Shown piece after piece: positions 24,211 to 38,400 of a stretch of 64,000 nt of DNA. The position numbers were made by a program, and so were the translations under genes. The notes below the pieces were generated by a model. It was not told where the DNA came from. It searched no databases and saw nothing but the letters and a program-made list of their open reading frames with translations. The stretch covers positions 86,304,001 through 86,368,000 of the forward strand of contig OZ296654.1 of NCBI GenBank assembly GCA_965655095.1, written 5' to 3'. The stretch's first letter is position 1, and each line of letters begins with the position of its first letter. This stretch comes from Haplodiscus bocki (lineage: Eukaryota).

Positions 24211-25859
24211 TCGAGACTTGAATTGTATTTCGATACTTTGATAAATCAGTGATTTTCAAAAGTTGCAAAAATTTGGCGAGTCTTAAAACACTGGTGTTGG
24301 AAAGCAATTTGAGGTAATTATCGTTCAGGTCTAGATCAAAAAAGCAACACTTTCTCAAAACGTAGTAATCCAGGCAAGCGCGAGCGTTGTTACAGATTGC
24401 GTTCATCGTATGTCGGTGCTCGGTGGATTCGCTTGGTCACGTGACCCTCTGGTGAGACTAATTCTTACCATTGGAGTTTTCTCACTGGTTTATTCTCAAT
24501 ATAAGTATTTAGTTAATGAAGTTGCGAAACGCAATTCAACCGCAACCGTGTGGGCTACCTTCACATGGCATGGCATCTATGCAAAATGATTGAAATAATC
24601 TTGCACAAATTGAATTTGGCTGAATAGATACGTAAAAGAACTAAAACAATTGAAAATGAAAGATTCAGCACAACTCTCACCGTTTTGGTAAGGTCTCAAT
24701 TTAAGCTCAGCTTTAAGAACAAGTTATTTCAATTTTCACAGGACATGATCGTTTCGTCTATATCTACATGTTTATCCGTATTTTAAAGTCAACTAGGTCC
24801 TGTTTCCAATGAATTCCAGTTTTCTTTGCTAAAGTGAGTATCAGAGCTCTATAAATAGTTGAGCTAGGTTAATACTGCAAGAATTCGATGGACGACTACG
24901 AAATTTTTTTTTGTCATTACAAACTGTTATCTATCAGTGACGTTGGCTCACGGTTTTCACCTTGTTGACGAAAACAGACGTACTTTTGCACAAACTGTCA
25001 GTCTATACGAGAGGTTTTCATCATTCGGATGGAAACTGAAGAACACTGAAATGCTTTTAAATCGCATAGTAGGAGGTTTACAGGTGTCGGATGTAAGCCG
25101 ATAAAGTTTGTTATCTCATTAAATCAATCCGTTGCTACTTACAACCTCGTAAAGCGACAGTACTTGTTCTCTGGTCTGTTGCATTCTACTCTGCGTTTTG
25201 TTTGGAATGAATTAAAGGAAGGTAACTTCCCTCAGACGTTTTTCGATGAAAAAAGTCATCCATCTCTTTTATTAGCCTTTTACTTTTGCCACTATAGAGC
25301 TACTTGTAGTGGCTTAGATTGTTCCCGTTGGAGCCTTCCGGTGTTTTTTTATGCTAGTTTTAGTTTTGTTGAGCCTTCATTGGAATTTGTCATTTTTCAT
25401 TGATTTTTTATAGCACTTTGTATATCGATGCATAGTGATGCTTTTATATGCTGAACGATACTTTCTACATAACACATATTATTGTTTACATATTACATAA
25501 ATCGCTGTCACAACGGGGAGAAAGGAAGTAATATAACAAACTCGAGTTTTTAGATCTTTGGCTACAGAAATGCATTGAGATCTTATTAAAGATTATGGCT
25601 TCATACCTAAAAAACATAACGTAAGTTTAAGGATATGTAGATGTGTCATCTTTCCTTAATGCGGGGCATGACACCAGTAGTAGCAGTAGCAGTTTTTGGC
25701 ATTTGGCCAGAGTCTTCTGGCGCAGAGATCTTCTAACTTTGTCGTCGCGTTCTTGAAAGCTGGCTAACTACGTTCTCCACATAGCACTGAGGAGCTCATT
25801 GTACTTGTCGCTGAAGTACGACCAAAAAATACGAAGTAGACGTTACTTTAGACCAGTAG

Positions 25860-26460
25860 GGTTAGTGTTGTCAATGGTTGTCGGCGGCGTTTTCACAGGG
25901 GCACCTGCACGACAGAATTTTTGTTCGTACTGGTGTTTTCGGGGTTAGGGATAGTCGTATCTCAACTCAATAGAGGATTGATTTTCCCGAGGGAAGTTTC
26001 TCAAACGAAGTTATCGATTACAATCGTAGTTATTAGAACCCGCCATACACTTAGAGAGAGTGGGCAGTTCTTGTAATTGCATGTCTACAGAGAGGGGGAA
26101 TTTTCTACTTCTGACAAAAAAACTTCTATACGTGTTGTTTTGGGCCGAGTGGACCCTTTTCAGCGATTATTTCTGGACCTTTGCAAAGTTTTTAAACTGT
26201 CGATATTAGCATACCAACAAGTGCTTCTGTAAAGTATGACGGGAATACTCATCAATTTGAATGGTTTTAACTTTGCCGGGAATCGTACGCAGGCAAGAAC
26301 TTAGTTTCAACAAAAAGAGAACACTGAGTGCTTTGCTGCAAGCTGACTTTTTTATGATCAGCTCGCTTTCGTCCATAAGGGATCAGCAAACTTAAGTCTC
26401 TTTGCAAAACTTGTTTCTCTTTTTTTCTCGTTGCCGGAGAAGAAAAACATTTTGTCGCTA
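25860..26460 (-). mobile_element. LINE-D 3' part (post-RT region and C-terminus), left flank of the array
   Basis: QRDLSLLI, IPVILYRSTCWY, PLS, and terminal ILSCRCPC at ~25895-25918 are collinear with the C-termini of LINE-A and LINE-B. Confidence 0.78.
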
Positions 26461-29400
26461 CTGCCAAAGTCAAATGCGGGCATTTTTCTATGTTCAGTGA
26501 TAAAATGTTTCGGTAGCTCGATCTTTCATCTTTTATTACGTGTTAAGTCTATCTGGAATTGCAGAGTAGATTTATTAATAGAAAGTTTTTTTGCAAACTG
26601 AGGGCATAACAATGGTCCGCACGTCTTCCAGTTGATTTGCAGGTCGATGATGTAAACAACAAAGAGTAGACTGACAAAAAAAGACCTTTAGGGTATGCCA
26701 ATTGTAACTAGCACTTCTTGTGAAAAGATTCCATGAACACCAACACGTTGTGTTCTCGTGTTCAGTTGGCTAAGTAGAAGCGTGACTATGTCAATTTTTT
26801 TCATTGAACACCCCTTCTGTAGAACTTTGCCAGCAGATTGCCGTGATTGACATTATCAAGAGCTTTTTCGTAATCTGTGTATTTTACATGAATTCATGAA
26901 TTTCGTCGTCAAAATTTAGGGAATTGTGCACTTGGTCGAGAAAAATTAGTAAGTGAGTAGCACAAAAACGTTGTTTTCGAAGTTAAAAAACGGGAATTCA
27001 CTGAACTATGGCTTTAGAAAAATGTACAAGTTTTTGAAAAGACAAAGGTCAAGATTTTTCGATATGATGCTCAAGAGGGAGCCTTGTCTTCAATTCTGTA
27101 TATGCGAGTTGAACTACTTTCTGAAAGTTGGACTAACAATAGAGATCATTCGATTAGTAGAAAAAACACCTGATTGCTTCATTTTGCATAAAAAATTGCC
27201 CAATGATTTGCTGAGATTTCTTGGACATCGTTTAAATAAGTTAGCGGGTAACTCATCCGGACCATTGCGTTACTTAATATCAAGACTCTCACATTTATGC
27301 CGAACTTGCTTTCAGAGGCGTTAAAATCGAGCAGGCAATTCTCAGAAATGCATTTTCCATTAGGATGAAATCTGTAGATACGGCAAAAAAAGACGCAAAG
27401 AGTTTAGAGAACAGGTCACTTTCCGACAATTTTTCAATCGCCTGATCATTTCTGTAAATTATAAAAACAGAAAAACGAGTTGGAGGAGCAATAATCCTTC
27501 TAATGTGTTCGTTGACGGCTAATTGAAAGGCGCAAAAACGTTGTTGTCGAAGTCAAAACGGGAATTCAGTGAACTATGGATTTAGAAAAAAGTACAGGTG
27601 AATAAAAAGACAACGCTCAAGAACTTTGAATATAATGCTCAAAAGATAGACTTGTCAATAATTCTCTACGTTCGAATGCAAACCTTTTCTGAAAGCTGAG
27701 CTAACAATAAAGTTCTTCCGACAAGTAGGGAAGACACCTTTTTGAATAATTTTGTATATTCAAGTGCCCAATGATTTGCTGAGAGTTCTTGCACATCCTT
27801 TGAATAAGTTAGCGGGTTACTCATCTGGAGCAGTGCCTTTCCCATTATCAAGACTCTCACATATTGGCTGAATTTGCTCTTCAGAGACGCTAAAATCGAG
27901 CAAAAACTTTTCAGAATTGTATTTTTATTTTAGGATGAAGTCTGTAGAAACGGCAAAAAAATCAAAGAATTTAGAGAACAGGTCATTTTGCGACATTAAA
28001 TCAATCGCAATTTCAAGTCCGTAAACTATTGAAATGGGAATGCGAGTTACCTTGTTAGCTACTGCCAAAGTCAAGAGCCGGTGTTTTCTTTTGTTCACTG
28101 ATGAATTTTTTTGGTCAGTCCATCTTTCATCTCTTTTTACGTGTTAAAACTATCTGGAATTGCCAAGTAGATTTCTTATTCAAAAAAACTTTTACAAACT
28201 CAGCGCATAACAATGGTCGGCAAGTCTTACAGTTGATTCGCATGTCGTTGGTGAAAACAACGAAGAGTAGACTGACAAAGATAGACCCTTGTTGTACGCC
28301 ACTTGTAACTAGCACTTCTTGTGAAAAGATTCCATGAACCCCAACATGCTGTGTTCTGGTGTTCAGTTGAGTAAAAGCGACCGTAACTAATGGAATACTT
28401 TTCCCCGAACACCCCTTCTGTGGAGCTTTTGCAGCAGAATGCCGTGATTGCTTTTGTCAAGAGCTTTTTCGTAGTCTGTGTAAACTACATGAAGTTCGTC
28501 GTCAAAATTCATGGGAATGTGCAATTGGTCGAGAGAAATTAGTAATTGAAAAGCGCAGGAACGTTGTTTTGAAGTCAAAACGGGACTTCATTGAACTATG
28601 GCTTTAAAAAAGTGTTCAGATTAATGAACAGACAACGCTCAAACTTTTTCGATATCATGCTCAAGAAAGAGACTTGTCTTTAATTCTCCACATTCAAGTT
28701 CAACAATTTTTTGAAAGTTGGACTAACAATGGAATGCTTCCTACAAAAAGGTGAGGCACATGTTTGTTTAATTTTGCAAAATAAATTGAACAATGATTTG
28801 CTGAGAGTTCTTGGACTTCGTTGAAATAAGTTACCGTGTAACTCATCTAGACCAGTGCCTTTCTTAATAACGAAACTCACAAATATATGCTGAATTTGCT
28901 CTTCAGAGACGTTAAAATCGAGCAAAAACTTCTCAGCAATGCATTTTTTGTTGGGATGAAGTCTGTAGATACGGACAAAATAGAAGCAGAAAATTTAGAG
29001 AACAGGTCATTTTGCGGCATTAAATCACTCGCAATTTCAATTCCGTAAACTAATGAAATCGGAAAACGAGTTAATTGGTCGCTACTGCCAAAGTCAAGTG
29101 CGGGCGTTTTTTTTGTTCAGTGATAAACTGTTTCGGTCGCTCCAGCTTTCATCTTTTGTTACGTGTTAAGTCTATCTGGAATTGCAAGGTAGAATTTTTA
29201 ATCGAAATAGTTTTTCCAGATTCAGCGCATAACACTGGTCGGCACGTCTTACAAATGATTCGCATGTCGTTGATATAAGCAACGATTAGTAGAGTGACAA
29301 AGATAGACTTTTTATTGTACGCCAGTTGTAACTAGCACTTCTTGTGAAAAGTTTCCATGAACCCTAACACGCTGTGTTCTGGTGTTCAGCTGGCTAAGTA

Positions 29401-32400
29401 GGCGCGTAAATATTTGAATACGTCTCCCCGAACACCCATTCTGTAGAGCGTTTCCAGCAGAACAACGCCGTGATTGACATTATCAAGGGCGTTTTCGCAG
29501 TCTGTGTAATTTACATGAATTCATGAATTTCGTCGTCAAAATTTAGGGAATTGTGCACTTGGTCGAGAAAAATTAGTAAGTGAATAGCACAAAAACGTTG
29601 TTTTCGAAGTCAAAACGGGAATTCACTGAACTATGGCTTTAGAAAAATGTACAAGTTTTTGAAAAGACAAAGGTCAAGATTTTCCGATATGATGCTCAAG
29701 AAGGAGCCTTGTCTTCAATTCTGTATATGCGAGTTGAACTACTTTCTGAAAGTTGGACTAACAATAGAGATCATTCGATTAGTAGAAAAGACACCTGATT
29801 GTTTCATTTTGCATAAAAAATTTCCCAATGATTTGCTGAGATTTCTTGGACATCGTTTAAATAAGTTAGCGGGTAACTCATCCGGACCATTGCCTTACTT
29901 AATATCAAGACTCTCACATTTATGCCGAACTTGCTTTCAGAGGCGTTAAAATCGAGCAGGCAATTCTCAGAAATGCATTTTCCATTAGGATGAAATCTGT
30001 AGATACGGCAAAAAAAGACGCAAAGAGTTTAGAGAACAGGTCACTTTCCGACAATATTTCAATCGCCTGATCAATTCTGTAAATTATAAAAATGGAAAAA
30101 CGAGTTGGAGGAGCAATAAACCTTCTAATGTGTTCGTTGACGGCTAATTGTATAGCGCAAAAACGTTGTTGTCGAAGTCAAAACGGGAATTCAGTGAACT
30201 ATGGATTTAGAAAAAAGTACAGGTGAATAAAAAGACAACGCTCAAGAACTTTGAATATAATGCTCAAAAGATAGACTTGTCAATAATTCTCTACGTTCGA
30301 ATGCAAACCTTTTCTGAAAGCTGAGCTAACAATAAAGTTCTTCCGACAAGTAGGGAAGACACCTTTTTGAATAATTTTGTATATTCAAGTGCCCAATGAT
30401 TTGCTGAGAGTTCTTGCACATCCTTTGAATAAGTTAGCGGGTTACTCATCTGGAGCAGTGCCTTTCCCATTATCAAGACTCTCACATATTGGCTGAATTT
30501 GCTCTTCAGAGACGCTAAAATCGAGCAAAAACTTTTCAGAATTGTATTTTTATTTTAGGATGAAGTCTGTAGAAACGGCAAAAAAATCAAAGAATTTAGA
30601 GAACAGGTCATTTTGCGACATTAAATCAATCGCAATTTCAAGTCCGTAAACTATTGAAATGGGAATGCGAGTTACCTTGTTAGCTACTGCCAAAGTCAAG
30701 AGCCGGTGTTTTCTTTTGTTCACTGATGAATTTTTTTGGTCAGTCCATCTTTCATCTCTTTTTACGTGTTAAAACTATCTGGAATTGCCAAGTAGATTTC
30801 TTATTCAAAAAAAATTTACAAACTCAGCGCATAACAATGGTCGGCAGGTCTTACAGTTGATTCGCATGTCGTTGATGAAACCAACGAAGAGTAGACTGAC
30901 AAAGATAGACCCTTGTTGTACGCCACTTGTAACTAGCACTTCTTGTGAAAAGATTCCATGAACCCCAACATGTTGTGTTCTCGTGTTCAGTTGGCTAAGT
31001 AGGAGCGTCACTATTGGAATACTTTTCCCCGGAAAACCCCATCTGTAGAGCTTTTCCGGCAGAATGCCGCGATTAGTATTATCAAAACCCTTTTCGTAGT
31101 CTGTGTAAACTACATGAAGTTCGTCGTCAAAATTCATAGAAATGTGCAATTGGTCGAGAAAAATTAGTAATTGAAAAGCGCAGGAACGTTGTTTTGAAGT
31201 CAAAACGGACTTCATTGAACTATGGCTTTAGAAAAGTGTTCAGATTAATGAAAAGACAACGCTCAAAGTTTTTTGATATCATGCTCAAGAGAGAGACTTG
31301 TCTTTAATTCTCCACATTCAAGTTCAACAATTTTCTGAAAACTGGACTAACAATGGAATTCTTCCTACAAGTAGGTGAGGCACATGTTTGTTTAATTTTG
31401 CAAAATAAATTGCACAATGATTTGCTGAGAGTTCTTGGACTTCGTTGAAATAAGTTACCGTGTAACTCATCTGGACCAGTGCCTTTCTTAATAACGAAAC
31501 TCACAATCATATGCTGAATTTGCTCTTCAGAGACGTTAAAATCGAGCAAAAACTTCTCAGCAATGCATTTTTTGTTGGGATGAAGTTTGTAGATACGGAA
31601 AAAAAAGAAGCAGAAAATTTAGAGAACAGGTCATTTTGCGGCATTAAATCACTCGCAATTTCAATTCCGTAAACTATTGAAATCGGAAAACGAGTTAATT
31701 GGTCGCTACTGCCAAAGTCAAGTGCGGGCGTTTTTTTTGTTCAGTGATAAACTGTTTCGGTCGCTCCAGCTTTCATCTTTTGTTACGTGTTAAGTCTATC
31801 TGGAATTGCAAGGTAGAATTTTTAATCGAAATAGTTTTTCCAGATTCAGCGCATAACACTGGTCGGCACGTGTTACAAATGATTCGCATGTCGTTGATAT
31901 AAGCAACGATTAGTAGAGTGACAAAGATAGACTTTTTATTGTACGCCAGTTGTAACTAGCACTTCTTGTGAAAAGTTTCCATGAACCCTAACACGCTGTG
32001 TTCTGGTGTTCAGCTGGCTAAGTAGGCGCGTAAATATTTGAATACGTCTCCCCGAACACCCATTCTGTAGAGCGTTTCCAGCAGAACAACGCCGTGATCG
32101 ACATTATCAAGGGCTTTTTCGCAGTCTGTGTAATTTACATGAATTCATGAATTTCGTCGTCAAAATTTAGGGAATTGTGCACTTGGTCGAGAAAAATTAG
32201 TAAGTGAATAGCACAAAAACGTTGTTTTCGAAGTCAAAACGGGAATTCACTGAACTATGGCTTTAGAAAAATGTACAAGTTTTTGAAAAGACAAAGGTCA
32301 AGATTTTTCGATATGATGCTCAAGAGGGAGCCTTGTCTTCAATTCTGTATATGCGAGTTGAACTACTTTCTGAAAGTTGGACTAACAATAGAGATCATTC

Positions 32401-35400
32401 GATTAGTAGAAAAAACACCTGATTGCTTCATTTTGCATAAAAAATTGCCCAATGATTTGCTGAGATTTCTTGGACATCGTTTAAATAAGTTAGCGGGTAA
32501 CTCATCCGGACCATTGCGTTACTTAATATCAAGACTCTCACATTTATGCCGAACTTGCTTTCAGAGGCGTTAAAATCGAGCAGGCAATTCTCAGAAATGC
32601 ATTTTCCATTAGGATGAAATCTGTAGATACGGCAAAAAAAGACGCAAAGAGTTTAGAGAACAGGTCACTTTCCGACAATTTTTCAATCGCCTGATCATTT
32701 CTGTAAATTATAAAAACGGAAAAACGAGTTGGAGGAGCAATAATCCTTCTAATGTGTTCGTTGACGGCTAATTGAAAGGCGCAAAAACGTTGTTGTCGAA
32801 GTCAAAACGGGAATTCGGTGAACTATGGATTTAGGAAAAAGTACAGGTGAATGAAAAGACAACGCTCAAGAATTTTCAATATAATGCTGAAAAGATAGAC
32901 TTGTCAATAATTCTCTACATTCGAGTGCAAAACTTTTCTGAAAGTTGAGCTAACAATAAAGTTCATCCGACAAGTAGGGAAGACACCTATTTGATTAATT
33001 TTGTATATTGAAGTGCCCAATGATTTGCTGAGAGTTTTGCACATCCTTTGAATAAGTTAGCGGGTTACTCATCTGGACCAGTGCCTTTCCCATTATCAAG
33101 ACTCTCACATATTGGCTGAATTTGCTCTTCAGAGACGCTAAAATCGAGCAAAAACTTTTCAGAATTGTATTTTTATTTTAGGATGAAGTCTGTAGAAACG
33201 GCAAAAAAATCAAAGAATTTAGAGAACAGGTCATTTTGCGACATTAAATCACTCGCAATTTCAATTCCGTAAACTATTGAAATGGGAATGCGAGTTAACT
33301 TGTTAGCTACTGCCAAAGTCAAGAGCCGGCGTTTTCTTTTGTTCACTGATGAATTGTTTTGGTCAGTCCATCTTTCATCTCTTTTTACGTGTTAAGACTA
33401 TCTGGAATTGCCAAGTAGATTTTTTATTCAAAAAAAATTTTACAAACTCAGCGCATAATATTGGTCGGCAGGTCTTACAGTTGATTCGCATGTCGTTGAT
33501 GAAACCAACGAAGAGTAGACTGACAAAGATAGACCTTTGTTGTACGCCACTTGTAACTAGCACTTCTTGTGAAAAGATTCCATGAACCCCAACATGCTGT
33601 GTTCTCGTGTTCAGTTGGCTAAGTAGGAGCGTCACTATTGGAATACTTTTCCCCGGAAAACCCCATCTGTAGAGCTTTTCCGGCAGAATGCCGCGATTAA
33701 TATCATCAAAACCCTTTTCTTAGTCTGTGTAAACTACATGGAGTTCGTCGTCAAAATTCATGGAAATGTGCAATTGGTCGAGAGAGATTAGTAATGGAAA
33801 AGCGCAGGAACGTTGTTTTGAAGTCAAAACGGGACTTCCTTAAACTATGGCTTTAGAAAAGTGTTCAGATTCATGAAAAGACAACGCTCAAAGTTTTTCG
33901 ATATCATGCTCAAGAAAGAGACTTGTCTTTAATTCTCCACATTCAAGTTCAACAATTTTCTGAAAGTTGGACTAACAATGGAATTCTTCCTACAAGTAGG
34001 TGAGGCACATGTTTGTTTAATTTTGCAAAAATAAATTGCACAATGATTTGCTGAGAGTTCTTGGACTTCGTTGAAATAAGTTACCGTGTAACTCATCTGG
34101 ACCAGTGCCTTTCTTAATAACGAAACTCACAAAGATATGCTGAATTTGCTCTTCAGAGACGTTAAAATCGAGCAAAAACTTCTCAGCAATGCATTTTTTG
34201 TAGGGATGAAGTCTGTAGATACGGACAAAATAGAAGCAGAAAATTTAGAGAACAGGTCATTTTGCGGCAAGAAATCACTCGCAATTTCAATTCCGTAAAC
34301 TATTGAAATCGGAAATCGAGTTAATTGGTCGCTACTGCCAAAGTCAAGTGCGGGCGTTTTTTTTGTTCAGTGATAAACTGTTTCGGTCGCTCGAGCTTTC
34401 ATTTTTTGTTACGTGTTAAGTCTATCTGGAATTGCAAGGTAGATTTTTTAATCGAAAGAATTTTTCCAGATTCAGCGCCTAACACTGTTCGGCACGTCTT
34501 ACAAATGATTCGCATGTCGTTGATATAAACAACGATTAGTAGAGTGACAAAGATAGACTTTTTATTGTACGCCAGTTGTAACTAGCACTTCTTGTGAAAA
34601 GTTTCCATGAACCCTAACACGCTGTGTTCTGGTGTTCAGCTGGCTAAGTAGGCGCGTAAATATTTGAATACGTCTCCCCGAACACCCATTCTGTAGAGCG
34701 TTTCCAGCAGAGCAACGCCGTGATTGACATTATCAAGGGCGTTTTCGCAGTCTGTGTAATTTACATGAATTCATGAATTTCGTCGTCAAAATTTAGGGAA
34801 TTGTGCACTTGGTCGAGAAAAATTAGTAATTGAATAGCACAAAAACGTTGTTTTCGAAGTCAAAACGGGAATTCACTGAACTATGGCTTTAGAAAAATGT
34901 ACAGGTTTTTGAAAAGACAAAGGTCAAGATTATTCGATATGATGCTCAAGAGAGAGCCTTGTCTTCATTTCTGTATATTCGAGTTTAACAAATTTCTGAA
35001 AGTTGGACTAACAATAGAGATCATTCGATTAGTAGAAAAGACACTTGATTGTTTCATTTTGCATTAAAAATTGCCCATAGATTTGCTGAAATTTCTTGGA
35101 CATCGTTTAAATAAGTTAGCGGGTAACTCATCCGGACCAGTGCCTTACTTAATATCAAGACTCTCACATATTGGCTGAATTTGCTCTTCAGAGACGCTAA
35201 AATCGAGCAAAAACTTTTCAGATTTGTATTTTTATTCTGGGATGAAGTCTGTAGAAACGGCAAAAAAATCAAAGAATTTAGAGAACAGGTCATTTTGCGA
35301 CATTAAATCACTCGCATTTTCAATTCCGTAAAATATTGAAATGGGAATGCGAGTTAACTTGTTAGCTACTGGCAAAATCAAGAGCCGGCGTTTTCTTTTG

Positions 35401-38400
35401 TTCACTGATGAATTGTTTTGGTCAGTCCGTCTTTCATCTCTTTTTACGTGTTAAATCTATCTGGAATCGCAAGGTAGATTTCCTAATCGAAATAAGTTTT
35501 GCAAATTCAGTGCGTAACACAGGTCAGCACATCTCACAGTTGATTCGCATGTCATTGATATATACAACGAAAAGTAGACTGACAAAGATAGACCCTTGTT
35601 GTACGCCACTTGTAACTAGCACTTCTTGTGAAAAGATTCCATGAACCCCAACATGCTGTGTTCTCGTGTTCAGTTGGCTAAGTAGGAGCGTCACTATTGG
35701 AATACTTTTCCCCCGAAAACCCCATCTGTAGAGCTTTTCCGACAGAATGCCGCGATTATAAATATCAAAACCCTTTTCGTAGTCTGTGTAAACTACATGA
35801 CATTCATCGTCAAAATTCATGGAAACATGCAATTGGTCGAGAAAAATTAGTAATTGAAAAGCGCAAAAGCGTTGTTGTTGAAGTCAAAACGGGAATTCAT
35901 TGAACTACGGCTTTAGAAAAGTGTTCAGATTAATGAAAAGACAACGCTCAAAATGTTTCGATATCATGCTCAAGAAAGAGACTTGTCTTTAATTCTCCAC
36001 ATTCAAGTTCAACAACTTTCTGAAAGTTGGACTAACAACAGAGATCATCCGATTAGTTGAAAAGACACCTGTTTGTTTCATTTTGCATAATAAATTGCCC
36101 AATGATTTGCTGAGAGCTCTTGGACATCGTTTAAATAAGTTAGCGGGTATTTCATTTTGATCAGTGCCTCACCTAATATCAAGACACTCACATATATGTC
36201 GAATTTGCTTTCAGAGACGTTAAAATCGAGCAGACACTTCTCAGAAATGCATTTTTCTTTTGGGATGAAATCTGTAGATACGGCAAAAACAGAAGCAAAG
36301 AACTTAGAGAACAAGTGACTTTGCGACATTAAGTCAGTCGCAATTTCAATTCTGTAAAATATTGAAATGGGAATACGAGTTAATTTGTCGCTACTGCCAA
36401 AGCCAAGGGCGGGCGTTTTCTTTCGTTCACTGATAAATTGTTTCGGTCACTCCATCTTTCATCTTTTACTACGTGTTAAATCTATCTGGAATCGCAAGGT
36501 AGATTTCTTAATCGAAATGAGTTTTGCAAATTTAGTGCGTAACAATGGCCGGCACGTCTTAGAGTTGATTCGCATATCTTTGATATACACAACGAAAAGT
36601 AGACTGACCAGGTTAGACCCTTTTTGTACGCCACTTCTAACTAGCACTTCTTGTGAAAAGATTCCATGAACCCCAACATGCTGTGTTCTCGTGTTCAGTT
36701 GGCTAAGTAGGAGCGTCACTATTGGAATACTTTTCCCCGGAAAACCCCATCTGTAGAGCTTTTCCGGCAGAATGCCGCTATTAGTATTATCAAAACCCTT
36801 TTCGTAGTCTGTGTAAACTACATGAAGTTCGTCGTCAAAATTCATGGGAATGTGCAATTGGTCGAGAGAAATTAGTAATTGAAAAGCGCAGGAACGTTGT
36901 TTTGAAGTCAAAACGGGACTTCATTGAACTATGGCTTTAAAAAAGTGTTCAGATTAAGGAACAGACAACGCTCAAAGTTTTTCGATATCATGCTCAAGAA
37001 AGAGACTTGTCTTTAATTCTCCACATTCAAGTTCAACAATTTTCTGAAAGTTGGACTAACAATGGAATTCTTCCTACAAGTAGGTGAGGCACATGTTTGT
37101 TTAATTTTGCAAAATAAATTGCCCAATAATTTGCTGGAGTTCTTGGACTTCGTTGAAATAAGTTACCGTGTAACTCATCTGGACCAGTGCCTTTCTTAAT
37201 AACGAAACTCACAAATATATGCTGAATTTGCTCTTCAGAGACGTCAAAATCGAGCAGAAACTTCTCAGAAATGCAATTTTCCGTTTGTATGAAGTCTTTA
37301 GGTACGGAAAAAAAGAAAGAATTTACGGAACAGGTCATTTTGCGACAAAAAATCAGTCGCAATTTCAGTTCTGTAAAACATTGAAATGGGAAAACTAGTT
37401 ACTTTGTCCCTACTGCCCCAGTCAAATGCGGGCGTTTTCTTTCGGTCACTGATAAATTGTTTCGGTCACTCCATTTTACACCTTTTACTAGGTGTTACGT
37501 CTATGTATAACTGCTAAGTAGATTTTTTATTCAAAAAAAATTTCACAAACTCAGCGCATAACAATGGTCGGCAGGTCTTACAGTTGATTCGCATGTCGTT
37601 GATGAAAACAACGAAGAGTAGACTGACAAACATAGACCCTTGTTGTACGCCACTTGTAACTTGCACTTCTTGTGAAAAGATTCCATGAACCCCAACAAGC
37701 TGCGTTCTGGTGTTCAGTTGGGTAAAAGCGACCGTAACTAATGGAATATTTTTCCCCGAACACCCCTTCTGTGGAGCTTTTGCAGCAGAATGCCGTGATT
37801 GCTTTTATCAAGAGCTTTTTCGTAGTCTGTGTAAACTACATGACATTCATCGTCAAAATTCATGGAAACGTGCAATTGGTCGAGAAAAATTAGTAATTGA
37901 AAAGCGCAGGAACGTTGTTGTTGAAGTCAAAACGGGAATTCATTGAACTACGGCTTTAGAAAAGTGTTCAGATTAATGAAAAGACAACGCTCAAAATTTT
38001 TCGATATCATGCTCAAGAAAGAGACTTGTCTTTAAATCTCCACATTCAAGTTCAACAATTTTCTGAAAGTTGGACTAACAATAGAGATCATCCGATTAGT
38101 TGAAAAGACACCTGTTTGTTTCATTTTGCATAATAATTTGCCCAATGATTTGCTGAGAGCTCTTGGACATCGTTTAAATAAGTTAGCGGGTATTTCATTT
38201 TGAGCAGTTCCTCACCTAATATCAAGACACTCACATATATGTCGAATTTGCTTTCAGAGACGTTAAAATCGAGCAGACACTTCTCAGAAATGCATTTTTC
38301 CTTTGGGATGAAATCTGTAGATACGGCAAAAACAGAAGCAAAGAACTTAGAGAACAGGTGACTCTGCGACATTAAGTCAGTCGCAATTTCAATTCTGTAA

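Noticed and set aside
24400-24520. LTR end or primer-binding site for the gag remnant
   Set aside because: No second LTR or convincing tRNA-complementary site was found.
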